64,000 nt of DNA, from assembly GCA_034530875.2 (NCBI GenBank), contig JAVRCJ020000006.1, positions 32,001 through 96,000 of the forward strand. The letters run 5' to 3'. This stretch comes from Nostoc sp. DedSLP01 (GTDB lineage Bacteria; Cyanobacteriota; Cyanobacteriia; Cyanobacteriales; Nostocaceae). Shown one piece after another: positions 20,167 through 30,623 of this stretch. Position 1 is the first letter of the stretch; each line of letters starts with the position of its first letter. The position numbers and the translations under genes are program-made. Below the pieces are notes generated by a model. That model was not told the origin of the DNA. It did no database searches and saw only the letters and a program-made list of their open reading frames with translations.

Positions 20167-21003
20167 TTATAGTCCCCCTATTAAATTGTTGTAAACCATC
20201 TTTAGAGCCATTACCACCAGCACAACGCTGAAAATAATTCTTAAAATCTGCGTTTGAGTTCCTGCAAGAACTCGTGCGCCCAAAAAAGCACCAGGTAATA
20301 CACCCAACATTACTGGCATGGATAGTCCCGGATCGATATAACCTCGTGCTAAGTAAACTCCGGCTGAGGCTGCTGCTGTGACGCCGATTGTAAAATTGCT
20401 AGTGGTAGTAGAAACTTTAAAAGGTATACGCATGGCTTGATCCATTGCTAGCACTTTAAATCCGCCAGAACCAATACCCAACAAACCAGAAAGTACGCCA
20501 GCTAAAATCATGATGCTAAACCCGATTGGTACTGAATGAACTTGATAAGACATCAGTCCGTCAGGAGTTGGATAACTGTTATTTAGTTGGAGATAATTTG
20601 CTATCGGATCTGCTGGTTCATCTTCAGTATTTTCTATTCTCGGCCGTTGCGAAATATATGCTGAATAAATCAGGACGATCGCCAATACAATAGTTAGTGC
20701 TTTTACAGACACAAAAGTTGCAATGATAGCGCCGGCGATCGCACCTATAGTTGTGGCTACTTCTAAAAACATTCCCAATCGCAAATTGGTATAGCCTTGT
20801 TTAATGTAGGTAGATGCTGCACCCAAAGAAGTCGCAATTACAGATACTAAAGAAGCACCAACAGCATATCGAATGTCTACACCAAATACAGAAGTTAATA
20901 AAGGGACAATTACCACTCCACCGCCTAGCCCAGTTAACGCCCCTAAAAAGCCAGCGCTAAACGAACCAATCCAAACGAGTAAAGAAAATTCTAAAATCGA
21001 CAA
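20167..21003 (-). CDS. Sulfite exporter TauE/SafE (TSUP) family protein
   Basis: GALTGLGGGVVIVP and GLLGIGSGGFKV repeats. Confidence 0.9.
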   Translation of the reverse strand: MSILEFSLLVWIGSFSAGFLGALTGLGGGVVIVPLLTSVFGVDIRYAVGASLVSVIATSLGAASTYIKQGYTNLRLGMFLEVATTIGAIAGAIIATFVSVKALTIVLAIVLIYSAYISQRPRIENTEDEPADPIANYLQLNNSYPTPDGLMSYQVHSVPIGFSIMILAGVLSGLLGIGSGGFKVLAMDQAMRIPFKVSTTTSNFTIGVTAAASAGVYLARGYIDPGLSMPVMLGVLPGAFLGARVLAGTQTQILRIIFSVVLVVMALKMVYNNLIGGL

Positions 21004-21169
21004 ATTTCATACCTCTTTTTTTATTGTTATATGTATATCAAGATACCAAAATATTTTTTGTATTGTTTATAACTTAAACTTGAAGTTATTTACCGTTAAC
21101 AGGCTCAGTAGCTCATATTTTTGCCAACCAGAGCCGCATAATTAATAACTAATGACCAATGACCAATGA

Positions 21170-21805
21170 CTAATGACTAATAACTAATGACCAGCTACCA
21201 CTATCCACAATGATAAAAGCGCCTAATCCGATTAAGATAAAAGGCATCAAATCGTTACCGTAACAAGTCAAAAGATTAGCGATCGCTTGATTGTGAGTTA
21301 ATTTGTATGCTAAATAGCATAGAAGTCCTACTAGCATAAAAAACACTCCTATAATTATTAGCAGGCTTTCCCAATTACTGCTAGCAAATAAAGGAACATA
21401 GATACTGATATTGTCAGTACCATTGGCAAAGGTTACAGCTGCTACGCTGTAAGTTTGAAAATTGAAAAATCTACTTAAATTGGAATTTTCAGATTGTTCT
21501 ATTTCCGTTTCTGTTTTTTCTGATTCATCATCTTCTCGATTTAGCAAACACTTGATAGCAATTGCGATCGGCACTAAACCAAATAATCCAATCCAAGGTT
21601 TTGGTAACATTAAGCCTCCAAAGAAACCGGGAAGACTTGCCATTACTAACGCTGTAAAACCTAAATACTGACCAATAACTATATGCCAACGCCGAAACTT
21701 AGCATCTACTTGGGAAAAAAACAGCGTCAAAATCACAATATCATCGATATTTGTGGCACTAAATGCCGCTGCACCTGTACTAATAGCAGAAACTAAACCA
21801 CTCAT
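21170..21805 (-). CDS. CadD-family (cadmium resistance) transporter
   Basis: AFSATNIDD, IGQYLGF, VTFANGTDNISIYVPLF. Confidence 0.88.
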   Translation of the reverse strand: MSGLVSAISTGAAAFSATNIDDIVILTLFFSQVDAKFRRWHIVIGQYLGFTALVMASLPGFFGGLMLPKPWIGLFGLVPIAIAIKCLLNREDDESEKTETEIEQSENSNLSRFFNFQTYSVAAVTFANGTDNISIYVPLFASSNWESLLIIIGVFFMLVGLLCYLAYKLTHNQAIANLLTCYGNDLMPFILIGLGAFIIVDSGSWSLVISH

Positions 21806-21895
21806 ATTATTTTCAGATTTTAGATTTTAGATTTTGAATTTGGGCATTGGTGCATGGGAAACTCTTCCCTAATTCCCAATCCCAATTCCCCACGA

Positions 21896-22098
21896 TTAAG
21901 GAATTTTTCTGGTGTCGCTAAATCGGGTATGAATCTCTTCGATTCCTTGGCGCATTTTCACAACAACGTTTGGAGAACGTAGCCTTACCATCAGAAACCA
22001 CCCACAAGTGGCAAGTATGTACGACAAGAATAAGTAGGGGAAAACATTGTAAGGAGCTTCGGGAACTGGGAAAAGCGTACTGCCGGGAATCCCCTTAG
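21896..22098 (-). pseudogene. C-terminal remnant resembling an APC-family amino acid permease
   Basis: GIPGSTLFPVPEAPYNVFPYLFLSYILATCGWFLMVRLRSP.. resembles the last TM segment of cyanobacterial APC permeases; begins beside a HIP1 site. Confidence 0.5.
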
Positions 22099-22622
22099 GC
22101 GATCGCTGATTTCTATTCAATATTTGTCAGTTACATGCCTACTTATTGAGGCGTATTTCTTGAGATAGATTTCATCCTACCTGATGTATTTCCTACAATC
22201 AAGTATTAGTAAAAATCTGCCTTGATATTTTTGATTGCACAGTATTTTAAATTAAATTTTTCTAATGAATCTTAGAACGATTTACTTAAAAAGTTAAAAA
22301 TAATACCCGGAAAATCGCTAGAGATTATAAAAATTAAATTTCAATATAATGCTGTAATCCTTATATAGACTGACAAAAATAATTTCATATAGAGGTAATA
22401 CTGAAATTTGATTCGTATCAAATTATTTTGCAGGTTTGGATTTGCAAAAAGCGCTTTAAATGATATGTATAGGTAAAATTAATTTTTATAATCCACTAAA
22501 AAACGAGGGACTTATGTGTGTTTTTGAAGCAAGGTTTTAAGATTTAACATTAGTTATAATGTTAATAACCATGTTGGAAATCCCATCATTTGTAATTTTT
22601 TAAAAATTGGAGAAAAACAAAG

Positions 22623-23276
22623 ATGAAAAATTTTAAATATATTTTGATGGTCGTCTTATTAATTGTAAATCTAGTATTTGTTGAACCTTCGTTAGCCGAC
22701 CGTCCGAAATATTCAAAAAATCCCGATTATATAAATTTGACTCAAGAACTAACTAATTTGCAAACTCTCAAACAAACGCAAACTGAATTAGATGGTTCGA
22801 CATCAAAGGAAATCGACCAAAAAATCAATGAATTAGAGTTGCAAAAATATGCCTTCGAGTCAGGAATCGATTGGGGTCAGTGCAGCAATCAAACAGGTAA
22901 GACTTTAGCTATCTACGGCCCCGAACCAAATCTTGATGACGATGAATATTCACAAGGCGCTGCATTGTATTTTCTGGGTAATGGCAAGACCACTAAAGAT
23001 AGATGGAATTGCAAAGGTGTTTATCTACCTAACGATCTCACAGCGATCGCTTCGGGTGTAGATGGAAATCAACAAGAGTTACCAAGTGGCGTTGTAGTCA
23101 AGGTTCCTAACGGGACTAACTTAGTTTTGAAGTTAAATGCAGATACCGGGGCGATCGAATTTAATAAAGCTGGTACTAAAATTTTGAAAGCTGGCGATGT
23201 CGATTGGTTTATCCCTAACGTATCGCAAGATATTGTAGATGCACGAGTTACTAATGCACCTACAAAGAAGGCTTGA
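22623..23276 (+). CDS. Secreted hypothetical protein
   Basis: Signal peptide (PSLA-D), coiled segment, Cys pair (GQCSNQTG / WNCKGVYLP); GGAG RBS. Confidence 0.75.
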   Translation: MKNFKYILMVVLLIVNLVFVEPSLADRPKYSKNPDYINLTQELTNLQTLKQTQTELDGSTSKEIDQKINELELQKYAFESGIDWGQCSNQTGKTLAIYGPEPNLDDDEYSQGAALYFLGNGKTTKDRWNCKGVYLPNDLTAIASGVDGNQQELPSGVVVKVPNGTNLVLKLNADTGAIEFNKAGTKILKAGDVDWFIPNVSQDIVDARVTNAPTKKA

Positions 23277-23302
23277 ACAGGAATTCAATAATATAAACGA
23301 TG

Positions 23303-23334
23303 GTAGGGGCGCACAGCTAGCTGTACGCCCCTAC
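23303..23334. repeat. GTAG-type REP-like hairpin
   Basis: GTAGGGGCGCACAG-CTAG-CTGTACGCCCCTAC between convergent genes. Confidence 0.8.
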
Positions 23335-23421
23335 AAGCATTTAATATTCAAACAGTGTATTCCATTAAATGAGAAAAGAAATTAGGCGTCATTTTGAATT
23401 TTGAATTGAGATGACTCCTGA

Positions 23422-24189
23422 TTATTCCTTTGCTATCAAATTTTTTTCTTCAGGTAGTAATGTTGTTTCATCTTTTGCGACTTCTTCATTTACAGCTTTA
23501 GCCGCAGTCAAATAAGGTTTGATAATTAAGCTGACACCAATTGCCCAAGCTAATGCAACCATCCAACCGGCAAGAATGTCACTAGGAAAGTGAACGCCCA
23601 AATAGATACGACACCATGCAATAGCTACTATATATAAACTACCGAAGATAAAAACTAACCGACGCCACGGGGTAGCCCAATTTAAAATGAGCAAAATTGC
23701 AACCATTGTGACACTAGTCATTGCATGATTGCTAGGAAATGCAAAACTAGATTCAGGTGCAAGAGATTCCCATAAATGTGGGCGAACTCGATGCATGAAT
23801 CCTTTAGTTATGATGTTAATTGTCAAGCTTCCTAGTGAAATCGTAAGTACATAAGCTAGCGATCGCCAGCGTTTTTGTACTAGTAATGTTATTAGAATTG
23901 CACCTACAACTGGTATGTCTATCCAAGGCGACCCAATGATAGCCAGTAGCACTGCTAAAACATCAAGCTGAGGGTTTGCTGTGGAGTGAACTGCTAATAA
24001 AATTGGCACATCCCACGGAAAGTCAGCTTTATTTTCCCATAGCTTCACTGCCAAGATTTCAAATACCTGCAAAGGTAAATATACTCCAATTAACAGGAGT
24101 AAGAGCGATGGCCAGCGGGCAATCAATAGATTTTTCAGAAAATAAAAGGGGGATCTACTTTCTTGATTGGGTTGTTTGACACTTTGCAT
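23422..24189 (-). CDS. PAP2-family phosphatase
   Basis: KxxxxRxRP, FPSNH and RIYLGVHFPSD motifs. Confidence 0.92.
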   Translation of the reverse strand: MQSVKQPNQESRSPFYFLKNLLIARWPSLLLLLIGVYLPLQVFEILAVKLWENKADFPWDVPILLAVHSTANPQLDVLAVLLAIIGSPWIDIPVVGAILITLLVQKRWRSLAYVLTISLGSLTINIITKGFMHRVRPHLWESLAPESSFAFPSNHAMTSVTMVAILLILNWATPWRRLVFIFGSLYIVAIAWCRIYLGVHFPSDILAGWMVALAWAIGVSLIIKPYLTAAKAVNEEVAKDETTLLPEEKNLIAKE

Positions 24190-24262
24190 ATTTTCAATCC
24201 TGGCTCCTGACTCCTAACTTCTGAATACTTTATTAAAATCAAGTATTAGATGTCATCTATCA

Positions 24263-25510
24263 CTAGTTAATAGTTCTGGTGGAATTTTGAAAAGAGCCAC
24301 AATGTTTACAGTACGGTAAATGTTGATAAGTCAGATTATGGCAGTTTTCGCATTCTAAGTATTGATAATAACCGCAGTGGGGACAGTGGCGATCGCTACG
24401 CCGAATTTTTTTCGCGCAATTGACACAAAGTGATTTTTGAACTCTATTAGCTGCTTGGACTTTAGCATTGAAGACAAATCTTTGAAAGAACTTGATAATT
24501 CCAAAACCAATCAGGGGAATTAGCAGGATATAAACATAATTGATTAAGAAAAGCAAGCCGCCAAAAATTCGGCTAACTATATCAAATATAAATTGAAAGA
24601 TTGCCCCGATTTGCAGAAACTCAAAGATTTTAACGAACAGCGGTATAAAAAATATAACTAGCAAATGCCAGCTAATCAGCGATATAAGTCCATATCCTCT
24701 GCCTTGGGCAAATCTGTGAACTAATAAAGCAATAATAATCAGCGGTAACAGAAAGAGAGACTGAAAGCCAAGCTGAATACTGGGATACCAAAATGATGCT
24801 TTTTGGTAGCCTTTTTCAACTTCATTAAATTGATTTTCATCTCGCAGAAAGGTAAGAAAACTAGTACTTTCTGGTTTTGTAACTAGCTGATTTTGAAGAT
24901 TAGAATTTTCCTGTTTCAGGGTAGCAATTTGGCTGTTATTTTGGTCTAACTGCTGTTTAGCTTTTTCAGCACCGACTTGATTAATTGATTGTTCGCGCGG
25001 TTGTCCAGCAATTTTTTCTAAGAGAGTCGAATCATATTGAGCGCGAATATTACGATTAGTTTGTTCGAGATTGCTTATTTTTCCTTGTTTCTGTTCGATA
25101 ATTTTGATAATTTGCTGATTTTGTGGGTTGTTAATCTTATCTTTATACTCTCCATACTTTAAGCATGTTTGATTGACTTGTCCAAGATGCCCTATTTCGC
25201 TCTGTTGATAGTTCTTTTGAAAACTAAATTGATTGCTTGAATTATAGGGAAAAGAAACTTTGATAATTTCATAATCTTTATCTTTAGTAGTTTTTTCGCG
25301 GTAATTCTGCCATTCTGAATAACATGGATAAGCCTCAGTGGGGCTGATATGCCATCTACTAATATCATCTAGGCCTGTAAAAACGTTGATTAAGATAAAA
25401 ATATCAATTAAAATAATTACAATCAAACTCACTTTATTTAGTGGTTCGTTGTTAATATTTCTTGACTTATTAAAAAACTGATTGAAAAGACGGCGAATTC
25501 TGGCAAACAT
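24263..25510 (-). CDS. Membrane protein with periplasmic coiled coil and C-terminal double zinc ribbon
   Basis: TM segments plus four CxxC pairs (CVNC, CPHC, CENC, CKHC). Confidence 0.75.
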   Translation of the reverse strand: MFARIRRLFNQFFNKSRNINNEPLNKVSLIVIILIDIFILINVFTGLDDISRWHISPTEAYPCYSEWQNYREKTTKDKDYEIIKVSFPYNSSNQFSFQKNYQQSEIGHLGQVNQTCLKYGEYKDKINNPQNQQIIKIIEQKQGKISNLEQTNRNIRAQYDSTLLEKIAGQPREQSINQVGAEKAKQQLDQNNSQIATLKQENSNLQNQLVTKPESTSFLTFLRDENQFNEVEKGYQKASFWYPSIQLGFQSLFLLPLIIIALLVHRFAQGRGYGLISLISWHLLVIFFIPLFVKIFEFLQIGAIFQFIFDIVSRIFGGLLFLINYVYILLIPLIGFGIIKFFQRFVFNAKVQAANRVQKSLCVNCAKKIRRSDRHCPHCGYYQYLECENCHNLTYQHLPYCKHCGSFQNSTRTIN

Positions 25511-25720
25511 ATTTGCTTGGTAAGAAATAATAATTTAATCAGTACCTTTATAGCAGGGAAAAGTACCTTTGGCATTTTTTTGTAGGTTAGATTTCGTAAA
25601 ACGAAACGCAATAAATATATTAGATTACTGTATTAGAAATTTACAAATCGAGATATTTTCCGATTTGGCAAAGTTATTCTCAGAAAAATTAATTTTATGC
25701 GATCGCCTATAAATATACGC

Positions 25721-25750
25721 TGTAGGGTAGCACGGCTGCGCTACCCTACA
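25721..25750. repeat. GTAG-type REP-like hairpin
   Basis: TGTAGGGTAGCAC-GGCT-GCGCTACCCTACA. Confidence 0.8.
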
Positions 25751-25756
25751 AAAAAT

Positions 25757-26491
25757 CTATTTCGCTGCGAAGTATGCTTCTAGTGCTTCAGAACCACCAA
25801 TTAATTTACCATCGATAAATACTTGGGGAACTGTTGTCGCACCTGTAACGGCTCGTAAAGAGTGTGTGGTAATATCTTTACCTAAGACAATTTCTTCGTA
25901 ATCCATTCCATGTTCCTTGAGCATTGCCTTAGCACGAGCGCAGAAGGGACAACCCACTTTTGCAAACAGAGAAACTTGTTCTGGCTTGGCAGCTTGGGGG
26001 TTTATATATCTGAGCATTGTCTCAGCATCAGACACCTTAAAGGGATCTCCTGGCTCGTCTGGTTCAATAAACATTTGATTAATTACGCCATCTCTCACCA
26101 GCATAGAATAACGCCAAGAGCGTTTACCAAATCCCAAGTCTGACTTATCTACTAGCATTCCCATGCCTTCAGTAAATTCGCCATTACCATCGGGAATTAG
26201 TGTAATATTCTCTGCTTCTTGATCCTTTGCCCATTCGTTCATGACAAAAGCATCATTCACAGAAATACAAATAATGTCATCGACACCATTTTCTTTGAAA
26301 ACTTTAGCCAACTCGTTATAACCAGGAAGATGAGTTGACGAACAAGTAGGAGTATAAGCACCTGGTAAGGAAAAGACAACTACCGTCTTATTCCTAAATA
26401 ACTCATCAGTTGTGACATCTACCCATTGGTTATCTTTACGTGTATGAAAAGTAACGTTTGGAACTCTTTGCCCTCGGCGATTTTGCAACAT
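25757..26491 (-). CDS. Peroxiredoxin-glutaredoxin hybrid (Prx5-Grx)
   Basis: [10 protein letters not shown] peroxidatic motif plus C-terminal CPFC...TVPQVFI glutaredoxin domain. Confidence 0.93.
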   Translation of the reverse strand: MLQNRRGQRVPNVTFHTRKDNQWVDVTTDELFRNKTVVVFSLPGAYTPTCSSTHLPGYNELAKVFKENGVDDIICISVNDAFVMNEWAKDQEAENITLIPDGNGEFTEGMGMLVDKSDLGFGKRSWRYSMLVRDGVINQMFIEPDEPGDPFKVSDAETMLRYINPQAAKPEQVSLFAKVGCPFCARAKAMLKEHGMDYEEIVLGKDITTHSLRAVTGATTVPQVFIDGKLIGGSEALEAYFAAK

Positions 26492-26566
26492 AACTTTGCT
26501 TTCAGAACTAACAATACCAGTAATATCCTATGATGAAATTACTGGTTTGATTTAGCTGTGAATTAG

Positions 26567-27496
26567 CTAAGAAACTTCATTAACAAATGGAGCGATCGCC
26601 TTTACAAATTCAGTAGTTGATTCATAAGGTAAAACATTGCGCCCATTTATTTTAATACCTCTACCTTGAAGTAAACAAGCCAAGTAGTCAGCCAAGCGCT
26701 CATCTGGCGTTTCTTTTTTGCCTTCATCGCTAATACTTGATGCTGTCTCTCCAACAACTACTAGCGTTGGCTGCTGGATAGAAGCAATGAGACTACTATA
26801 ATCCTCTCGCCAAAACCCTGCTAAAAAAGAAAATACTGCATGGCGGCTAGCAAGATTTTTTGCACCTGCAACCAATGTATTTAACCATTCTGCATCGACA
26901 TCATTCTCAGAAGCAAAGAGTTGGCGAGTCGAGAAAGAACGTAAAAACTTTGGCGTGCGTGCGTAAAGATAAAAACCACTACCAAAAGGTGAATCTAACA
27001 GATTCCAAAGCAATTTTTGCTGCCATTCTAGCGATTTTGTAGTAATTACAGCCCAAGCTGGCGGCCCGGAAAGTACAAGTCCAGCGATTAAATTTGATGC
27101 CTTTTTAACTAATTCAAGCGCAACTGGAAATAAAGCACCTTGTACGACTAAAATTACAGGTTTTTGTACTACTGTTTGCAAAAAGTATTGCAACTGTTCT
27201 GCCCAATCGCTAGGAGTGTAAGCAATTCGGGGCATATCACTTTCACCACATCCTAGTAAATCTGGATTGTAAATTAAATTACGCTGACCAGAATTATACC
27301 ATTCCTGTTGAAATCGTCGCCAAAATTGCCGCGATAATCCCACACCAATTGGATGAATTAAGACTAAAGGAATACCTGAGGGTATTGTATTACTTGGTTG
27401 ACGAACTTCGTAAGCGCAACGATAATTCTGCCAAGTGTAAAATTGGCTAGGAGATGCTGTCAAATCGGTTGTTTGAGCTACAGCAGATGTTTGCAT
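26567..27496 (-). CDS. Alpha/beta fold hydrolase-like protein
   Basis: LVLIHPIGVG, PDLLGCGES; nucleophile elbow is atypical (VQGAL). Confidence 0.8.
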   Translation of the reverse strand: MQTSAVAQTTDLTASPSQFYTWQNYRCAYEVRQPSNTIPSGIPLVLIHPIGVGLSRQFWRRFQQEWYNSGQRNLIYNPDLLGCGESDMPRIAYTPSDWAEQLQYFLQTVVQKPVILVVQGALFPVALELVKKASNLIAGLVLSGPPAWAVITTKSLEWQQKLLWNLLDSPFGSGFYLYARTPKFLRSFSTRQLFASENDVDAEWLNTLVAGAKNLASRHAVFSFLAGFWREDYSSLIASIQQPTLVVVGETASSISDEGKKETPDERLADYLACLLQGRGIKINGRNVLPYESTTEFVKAIAPFVNEVS

Positions 27497-27517
27497 AATT
27501 CCTAGTTTTAATAGTTG

Positions 27518-28342
27518 CTAAAAAATCATCTGGGGATGAATCAACTCGTATCCAGCTTCTTTGAGCTTTTCATTAGATACCCAGGCATTATATAGGCGGG
27601 TGCTAGTGACGGAAGTATCCCATATAACTTTAGGTAAGTTATGCTTTGCAAATAAGCTGTCCAGCAAATCTCGACTGGTGAGATGAGTATCATCTACTAA
27701 ATTATAAATGCCTTCCAAGCGACGTTGACGGGCAAATTCGATCGCACCAACAATATCATCCAAGTGAATCCAATTTGTGATATCCTCGCCACTCCCCGGA
27801 CGAGTTGTACCAGAATATCTACCAAATATTTTCACTAATTCCCTGCCAGTCCCATAAATACCTCCCAAACGGAAGATACAAACCCGCAGATTTTCGCTAG
27901 ATGCTGATAGCAACACCTCCTCAGTTTTGCGGAGAATTTGGGCATTTAAATTAGCAGGTGCAAGCGGTGTTTCTTCGTCTACCCAAACACCATTTCTGTC
28001 ACCATACACTGCATAACTTCCGGTGTAAATTAATTGCTTGACACTGGGAATATGCCGCAAGAGTGAAACTAAATTATTGGCAGTTTGTAAATAAGTTTCT
28101 TCATAGGCCTCCGGCCCCTTTGCACCTACGCTCAAAAGTACAACATCTTGATTTTGTAAAACGGATTTTAGACTATCTAAGTCATTACCTTTAGTAACTA
28201 CAACTCTTTGAGCTACTGATTGTAGTGCAGGAACACGCTCAGGAGAAATTGTGGTTGCAGTGACAACAAAATTCATATTTTGCTGCCAATATTGAGCAAC
28301 TTTAGAACCAACATAACCACAACCAATTATTGCAACATTCAT
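27518..28342 (-). CDS. NAD(P)-dependent epimerase/atypical SDR oxidoreductase
   Basis: IIGCGYVG Rossmann motif, RLGGIYG, NWIHLDD. Confidence 0.88.
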   Translation of the reverse strand: MNVAIIGCGYVGSKVAQYWQQNMNFVVTATTISPERVPALQSVAQRVVVTKGNDLDSLKSVLQNQDVVLLSVGAKGPEAYEETYLQTANNLVSLLRHIPSVKQLIYTGSYAVYGDRNGVWVDEETPLAPANLNAQILRKTEEVLLSASSENLRVCIFRLGGIYGTGRELVKIFGRYSGTTRPGSGEDITNWIHLDDIVGAIEFARQRRLEGIYNLVDDTHLTSRDLLDSLFAKHNLPKVIWDTSVTSTRLYNAWVSNEKLKEAGYELIHPQMIF

Positions 28343-28510
28343 GACAATTTAAGAAGGTCTGCGTAAAAATTTGTTGTTGGGAGAAAACAGATGAGGGAGA
28401 CAAAGAGAGATGGGGAAGTGTGGGGAGTGTGGGGAGTGTGGGGGGAAAGATTTCTTCCCCATCTTCCCACACCTCCTACACTCCCTGTTTGCCCCATGCC
28501 CAATAACTAT

Positions 28511-28996
28511 TTATTTTGCTAATTCGCCTTCAATTGCGTTAATTAGCTCTGGTGAAGATGGGTGGATATTACTTTTAAATCGTGCTACTACTTCACCTTG
28601 CTTATTCACTAAAAATTTTTCAAAGTTCCAAGCAACATCCCCTCTTGGCTGCACAGCTTTGGTAAGTCGCTCGTAAAGTGGGTGCTGCTGCGAGCCTTTG
28701 GCATGAACTTTATCGAATAATTCAAATGTAACACCATATTGACTCGTGCAGAATTTCGCAATTTCTTCATTGCTTCCGGGTTCCTGCGCCCCAAAATCGT
28801 TACAAGGGAAGCCCAAAATACGTAAACCCGTTTCTTTGTACTTTTGGTTCAACTTCTCTAGCCCGTCGTATTGGGATGTATAACCGCAGTACGAAGCGAC
28901 ATTCACGATTAAAAGTACTTTTCCTGCGTAGTCGTTTAATTGCTTATCCTGGCCGTTGATGGTTTTGACCGCGATATCAGAAATTGCCTTACTCAT
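28511..28996 (-). CDS. Glutathione peroxidase family protein (Cys type)
   Basis: VNVASYCGYT, LGFPCNDFGAQEPG, WNFEKFLV. Confidence 0.95.
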   Translation of the reverse strand: MSKAISDIAVKTINGQDKQLNDYAGKVLLIVNVASYCGYTSQYDGLEKLNQKYKETGLRILGFPCNDFGAQEPGSNEEIAKFCTSQYGVTFELFDKVHAKGSQQHPLYERLTKAVQPRGDVAWNFEKFLVNKQGEVVARFKSNIHPSSPELINAIEGELAK

Positions 28997-29399
28997 CTGG
29001 AATCGGAATACATAGGGAATATTGCCAAGTCTCCCATATTACAGGTACTTTAAACTCGGTTTAGTTGATAAAACTAAGTGACTAGTAACTAGGGACTGAA
29101 GACTAAAGAGTGAGGAATCAGAAGTAAATATATATTTAGGAATACTTTTTCAGTAGCTAATACCTTACTTATCCTTTAACTAGCGATCGCCTGTGAGTAA
29201 ACTTGTGATAACCTGTTTGTAGATATATCTACTAATCCGTTATTTCGGAATAAATATTGCAAATCTGCGTTGCTTTTAATACAAAACCTCAATATTCTAC
29301 CAACAGAACCACAGACGCACTCAAAACAGAAGTTCGATCTCCTCAGGAAGCTTTGCCTGGGAGCTATCTATGGCTGAAATAAAAAAGATCGGGTGAGCT

Positions 29400-29951
29400 A
29401 TGGCGATTCTTAAATTAGAAGATGATACAATCCTCACGGATATCAATGATATCGGTCAAGAACTCGCACCCTTAAACATTCAACTCAATCGCTGGGCTGT
29501 AGGAGATAATCCAGAGTTACATCGGTTGCTGGCACAAGATAGCCTCAACGAAGATGAAAAAGAAGGGGTACTAAAATTACTCGATCGCTATTTTAATCAA
29601 CTGCAACAAACAGCAGGCTATCAGTCACGAGATCTCATTGTTCTTCATCCAGGAGTTCCCAACCTCGACGAACTGATGGTTAAGTTTGGCCAAATTCACA
29701 TCCATGCTGATGATGAGGTACGCTACATCATTGATGGCGAAGCCGTTTTTGGCTTTGTGCGCCCCGATGGTAGCCAGGTAGAACTGACAGTCCAACCAGA
29801 AGAGTATATTAACGTACCAGCAAAAACGGAACACTGGTTTCATCTCACAGCAAAAAGGCGAATTAAAGCGGTGCGCTATTTCATCAGTACTGAAGGTTGG
29901 GTTCCTCAGTATACAGGTCAAGAAATTCGCCTTCATCGGGCAGTAGCTTGA
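29400..29951 (+). CDS. mtnD: Acireductone dioxygenase
   Basis: HIHADDEVRY..HWF cupin ligands; clustered with mtnX/mtnB. Confidence 0.88.
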   Translation: MAILKLEDDTILTDINDIGQELAPLNIQLNRWAVGDNPELHRLLAQDSLNEDEKEGVLKLLDRYFNQLQQTAGYQSRDLIVLHPGVPNLDELMVKFGQIHIHADDEVRYIIDGEAVFGFVRPDGSQVELTVQPEEYINVPAKTEHWFHLTAKRRIKAVRYFISTEGWVPQYTGQEIRLHRAVA

Positions 29952-29954
29952 GAA

Positions 29955-30623
29955 ATGCCGAAAAACACAGAACTGGCAGGACAAAAAGTGAAGCGGATTG
30001 TTTTTTGCGACTTTGACGGCACTATCACAGTTGAGGAAACCTTTGTTGCAATTCTGAAAAAGTTTGCTCCAGAACTATCTGCAAAATTGATACCAGAAAT
30101 GTATGCACAACGGCTTACACTCCGAGAAGGTGTCCGAGAAATCTTGCAATCAATCCCATCTTCCAGCTATGGCGAAATTTTAGAATTTACTCGAAAACAG
30201 CAGATGCGTCCAGGATTTTTGGAACTGCTGGATTTTTTGGACTCTCAGCAAGTACCCCTGGTGGTAGTTTCTGGGGGACTGCGAGGGATGGTAGAAATTA
30301 TTTTGGGTGCGACGCAACAGCGAGTACACGCTATCCACGCCGTAGATGTGCATACCAGCGATACTCTGTTAAAAGTCCACTCTGATTATGAGGGAGAAAC
30401 AGAACTGGTGGCAAAGGTACGGGTGATGGCAGAGTATCCGGCTGATGAGAAAATTGCCATTGGTGACTCGCTGACTGACCTAAATATGGGGCTTGAGGCA
30501 TCTGTAGTATTTGCTCGCGATCGCCTAGCAGAGTATCTTAATCAATATCAGAAACCGTATATTCCTTGGAATAATTTCTTCGATATCCGCGATTATTTAG
30601 CAAAATCATGGAAGTCAGTATGA
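29955..30623 (+). CDS. mtnX: HAD-IB phosphatase, MtnX-like
   Basis: CDFDGTIT, VSGG, IGDSLTD, FARD; methionine-salvage context. Confidence 0.8.
   Translation: MPKNTELAGQKVKRIVFCDFDGTITVEETFVAILKKFAPELSAKLIPEMYAQRLTLREGVREILQSIPSSSYGEILEFTRKQQMRPGFLELLDFLDSQQVPLVVVSGGLRGMVEIILGATQQRVHAIHAVDVHTSDTLLKVHSDYEGETELVAKVRVMAEYPADEKIAIGDSLTDLNMGLEASVVFARDRLAEYLNQYQKPYIPWNNFFDIRDYLAKSWKSV

Noticed and set aside
28410..28676. ORF starting MGKCGECGECGG (looks like a metal-binding motif)
   Set aside because: Derived from a GTGGGGAGT tandem repeat and antisense to the glutathione peroxidase
29260..29399. Possible SAM riboswitch before mtnD
   Set aside because: Only a small hairpin (CTCCTCAGG..CCTGGGAG); SAM-I consensus elements are not recognisable
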